Shown here: in pieces, positions 60,029 through 64,000 of the stretch
How positions within the stretch are numbered: position 1 is the first letter of the stretch
Layout of the letters: the number at the start of each line of letters is the position of its first letter
Notes under the pieces: generated by a model
Databases searched by the model: none
Seen by the model: only the letters and a program-made list of their open reading frames with translations
Told to the model about the DNA's origin: nothing
Program-made: the position numbers and the translations under genes
DNA from: Caecitellus pseudoparvulus
Lineage: Eukaryota; Protista; Bigyra: Bicosoecida
Direction of reading: 5' to 3'
Length of the DNA: 64,000 bases
Assembly: GCA_965644315.1 (NCBI GenBank)
Contig: CBFFRQ010000077.1
Coordinates: 76,144 to 140,143 of the forward strand

Positions 60029-60725
60029 GGCGTTGGGCGCAGTCTGTCCCTGGTGCAGGCAGCCGCCGCCTGCTCAGGTACTGCCTGCTGCAGCTGCAGA
60101 CTGCCTCGCACACAGCTGACGCGCCGCCCCGCACTGCGCACGCCGCAGGCAGAGTGCCGCCTGACAATCGTGCCAGAGGCGTGCAGGTTGCGCCGAGAGG
60201 TGGTGGTGGCGTGTTGATTTTGTCTTTGTGACACTTTCGCAGGATATGAGCTTGAAACTTGAACCTGACCTATCCCTTTTGCATCGAATACTACCCCGTG
60301 TGCTACGTTCCCCACACGTGCCGCTGTAAATGCTTTGTCTTACAGCGAGTGAGATTGAATTGTAGGATTTAGGGACGTTAAGAATAAGGGAGTTGTTGGC
60401 CTGTTCCCGCCGACGAATTATAGGACACACCTACCCCAACACCACAAACCTTACAAACCCACAACAAACGGTAATTCGCGTCTGCTGGGTGGCGGCAGTG
60501 GTTGGGGTGGGGGCGTGAGTGGCGGGAAGACAGGCCCGTACGTTAGGGGTGCGTCGTGCAGTGGGCACGAGGCAGAGGCTGGCGACAGGAGTGTCGTTTG
60601 AGGGGGGGGGAGTTGCTGGGCACTTGCGCGGCAAGTGCTTGCGTTGCTGGGGGGGGGCTGGGTGGTCACGAGGGGGGGTGGTAAGAATGCCACCCATCGC
60701 TCGTGCTGACGCCGCCTGCAGCGGC

Positions 60726-63700
60726 TCAGTCGGCCAGGCGAATGGGCCTAGACATGCGGTGCTCGCTAGAAGCACTTCGAAGGCCGCTGCTGGTGACACC
60801 GCCTGACGGCGCGCCGCTGTGCAGGGGCAGGAAAGGCGGCGCATCGCCCTCGCCCGTGCGAAGGTCGCTGCGGCGGCGAGAGTGCACGCCCGCCGGCGCC
60901 TGCCCTGACGCGATGGACACCGGCCCGGGGAACAGCTGGGGCAGGGTGACCTTCGACTTGGACACAGCTGACGTGGGCGTTGTGTGGTCACTGTCCCGGC
61001 CAAAGGCGGAGGCAGTGCCGTCCGAAGCTTCCGGCACGGCAGTGCCGCACCGGACTACCGGCTCCAAGGGGCTGTAGGACGGCGCTGGTTCATGCAGGGA
61101 GGAAGGCTGGGCGACGATGGTGAGGGGATCCAGTCGAAGAGCCCCTTGCGGGGCACCGCCACCGCGGGGCGAGCGCGTGGCGCCGTCTTCTGGCAGCGCA
61201 AGGCCCGTGTGTGCGGAGGCTGCGTTCGCGGCACCCCCACGCTCCAGCGTGCAGGAGCGCTGACGGGGCATGCCGCGGCGCCCCTGTGCCAGCGTCTTCT
61301 CAGAGGATGAAGTGGTCAAAATCCTGCTTGGGTCTGCGCCTGTGGAGGCCCGGCGCTGCAGCGTGCGCTTGCGAGCGCTGTCTTGCATGGCGCCAACATC
61401 CACACTGCCCCCGCGTTGCTGCCTGCCCGTGGGGCGGGGGGGGGGCCGTTCTGCTGTCGCTGCGCTCCGCGTGAGGTTCCTCCTGCACCACTTCGGGGAT
61501 GGACTTGCTCAGGAGGCTGGGCGGCCAGGAGAGAGCCGACTGCAAGCGGAGCGGGGGCGAGCGTGCGAGGTCTGTGTGGCGTTTCGCAGCGTCGTCGAAA
61601 AAACCCAGCGCGTCGCCGGCGCCCGGGCGTTGCCGCGCATGCCTGCCATGTGCGCAGCACGCACCCGAGAGGAGGGAGTGGATGGGGGAGGTAGGCGAAT
61701 GGGCCCGCTGAGTTTCAGAGGGTTGGGAATCGTCACAGGCTTGCTCAGTCGAATGATGGGGCTTGAGCCGCCCGGCCCGTAAGACAACGTGGCCATGTTT
61801 GGCAGGACGCGCTGGAAGCACAAGTTCAAGAAGTGCAAGGGTGACTGCGTGAGGGCAGTACGTGGGGAGGCATGCTCATGCAGGCTCGGGAGAGCGTGCA
61901 GCGGAGTGGAATGTGGCGTGCTGGCGGCTTTGTGGATGGGGGTGTGTGTGCAGCGCCACCCCGCGGCGTGCGTCACTCCCTTGACCCGTCTCATCAGTCA
62001 CCAGAAAGACCAAGCCCTTGAGGCCGCAGGGGGGGCTCCGGCAGACGCCCCAAGCACCTGGCGGTGAGTGGAATGCATGCGAATCTATGAGGAGGTGCAG
62101 TTGTTGGGTTCGGCGGCTCGCAGCACGGCAGCACGTGGGTTTCGTGTGGGCTGGCGATGCGGAGGCAGTGCCTCTCTCGCGCAGTTGCGCGGGCGATCGC
62201 GGTAAGCCGAAAGAGTGCCGTCCCTCACGCGCCTTGATGGCGGAAAAGCAGACCAAGAAACACATGCATTCTTCCCGACATTCTCCAGGCCAGCGGTGCC
62301 TGGCGCCGGGGCAGGGCAGTGTCGCAGCAGTGGCGGAGTCTCCCTGAAGATCAGGTCAGAGCACGCCAGGCCGAGGCTATCTGGCGGGGGTTGCGCCAGC
62401 CTGGTACAGGGCTGCTATTCAAAGGGTGGTCTTGCTCATGTTGTCGGCCATGTCGCTCGGGGGCCGCCGGAGCGGAAGTCGCTGTCTTTGTACTTCACTT
62501 TCTCGAGGCCTGCACGGAGAAGGCACCCCTTGCGTCAAAGCCACAGCACGCGCCACCTACAAGACAGCCATGCTTCAGGTCCGACGATGACACCCGCCTG
62601 GTCAGGCTGGGGAGGGCAGCGCCTCGCCCCCCTCGCCTTGTGCAGCGGCTGCCGCCAGCGTCACGGTCTGGGCAGGCACTTTCGCGAGGCAGATGGGGCT
62701 GAGGGCGGCGGGTGGGCCGAAAGACGTGACGGGAGCCACGTGCTGGGCGTGTGCAGAGGGTGTTTGCGTGCATACGCTGCTGTCGCGCACGCGGCAGCAC
62801 GGGGACAGCCCAGCTCCGAGGGACACAGCTGACGCGCGTCCCCCCAGCGACGGACCGCTAGCGACGGAGTGTGCGCCCGAGCAGTCCACCACGCCAACGT
62901 CCTCCGACGCAGACCATGGCAGTGAAATGGCGGGAGTGGCAGAGCGGCTTGGCGAGGCGATGCTGCCGTGTCCCCAGTCAGTTCCGGCCACCATCACTTG
63001 CCCTTCGTGTCGGTGGCCAGCTCTGTCGGCTGCGGCAGGCGTGTCCAGAGAGAAGCTGACGCAGCGGTTCACAGTGTACGCCTCAGACATGATGCTGGAG
63101 GAAATGGTTTGGGCTGGGGAGAGCTGGCGTGCTTGGTCTACCGAGAAGGCGCTTCTGTGCGCTTGACAGTCCGTCGGGGTCGGCGCTGGAGGTATGTGCA
63201 ATCGGGGCTCTTGCCCCGTCCAGGCGCTGGCGGAGCTGGACACAGGTCGACCAGCACCCAGCCCAGCTTGCTTGGGATGCATACCAATCGTTGAATCGGA
63301 GCCCACGCGGCTGTGTAGCCCATGGCTAGGCGCTGGCGTCCCGTACGTGCGTCGATGCTGCCACGGACTTGCTTGGCCAGCTGTGGCGGCTTGTGCCACT
63401 GTCCAGGGGTGCTTGGGCGGCACGTGGCGGGTGCTGGAAGGAGCAAGTATATGTCTTCCTACGTCCAAGGCGTCCTCAGAGCTGGTTGGCGTCATGTGGT
63501 CCACGCTGAGGCTTCGTGAGTGGAGGTCCCTGCCAGCGAGGAGCAGGGCGCGTGGAGCGCTGGCAATGCCGCCAGTGTCCGTGCCTGAAGCCATGAAGGA
63601 GGTACCGCAGGGAAATGCGATGCCTACCTTCCTGTGCAGCTGCTACCGAGCGCTGGGCAGTTCGCGTTGGGTGCTCTCGCGCGCACGTGGTGCAGGAGTG

Positions 63701-64000
63701 TGCAGGCGTTTCGTGTGCAGATGGGCACTGATGGCATCGACCTGCAGGTCGTCTTGAGACTGGTGCAAGTTGTGGGCACCATGAGCTCTATCAGTGAACA
63801 TGGATTGTATGGATTGCCGAGTCTGGATTTGAGGTCAGACAGTGGTGAGGCAGCTCAGTGCCGGTTCTGTCAAGGGGGGGCGTGAGTGTGACGGAAGGAG
63901 AGTGCTTCGACCGGACGCAGAGCAATGTCACACATCACCAGGCACGCTTGCCACCTGGCGAGGCTCTCGAGTCCATATCGCCGCAAGTGCATGGGGCCAA
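60726..64000 (-). CDS. Probable multi-exon gene for a Ser/Pro-rich disordered protein; exon structure unresolved, may start beyond the window
   Basis: Minus-strand ORFs 62602-63594, 61300-61821 and 60726-61403 share a Ser/Pro/Arg-rich composition and have candidate GT-AG sites. No domain was recognised. Confidence 0.35.

Noticed and set aside
60360-60550. Telomere-like words (TTTAGGG, TTAGGG, C/A-rich tract)
   Set aside because: Isolated, non-tandem copies in an ordinary AT-richer intergenic region.
192-63885. Numerous long antisense or alternative-frame ORFs (e.g. 2757-4379 -, 43270-45579 +, 46561-48588 +, 52015-53643 -)
   Set aside because: Shadow ORFs expected from high GC and codon bias opposite well-supported genes; they contain no domains.
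1-64000. Alternative genetic code or non-canonical introns
   Set aside because: Almost all gene models are completed with the standard code and GT-AG introns, and TAA, TAG and TGA all occur as terminators.

Overview
Compact, GC-rich eukaryotic nuclear DNA. The organism is probably a heterotrophic protist, and gene content is compatible with a stramenopile (inference). About 21 protein-coding genes are packed with short intergenic gaps. Introns are GT-AG, mostly 66-90 nt, with donors GTGCGT/GTGAGT and acceptors (G/A)CAG. Housekeeping genes include SPF45/RBM17, DDX27/DRS1, MANF/ARMET, SERBP1-like, a GT49 glycosyltransferase, SRP19, spastin, a PiT/PHO4 phosphate transporter, Rpp21-like, Snapin-like and TOP6A/SPO11-3. 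Five genes stand out. (1) A ~2810-aa armadillo protein with an internal WW-like module and a C-terminal PH domain, whose size, architecture and N-terminus resemble the apicomplexan glideosome-associated connector (GAC). (2) A DENND4-like Rab-GEF fused to a PDZ domain and a C-terminal kinesin-14-like motor. (3) A PINK1-like kinase fused to ARM repeats. (4) A signal-peptide LRR+SAM protein ending in HTEL. (5) A ~2486-aa secreted LRR / Cys-repeat / cadherin-like / crinkly-propeller protein in a compositionally distinct block. No tRNA, rRNA, CRISPR or transposase was recognised. All family calls come from motif recognition by eye and from recalled reference sequences; no searches were run.
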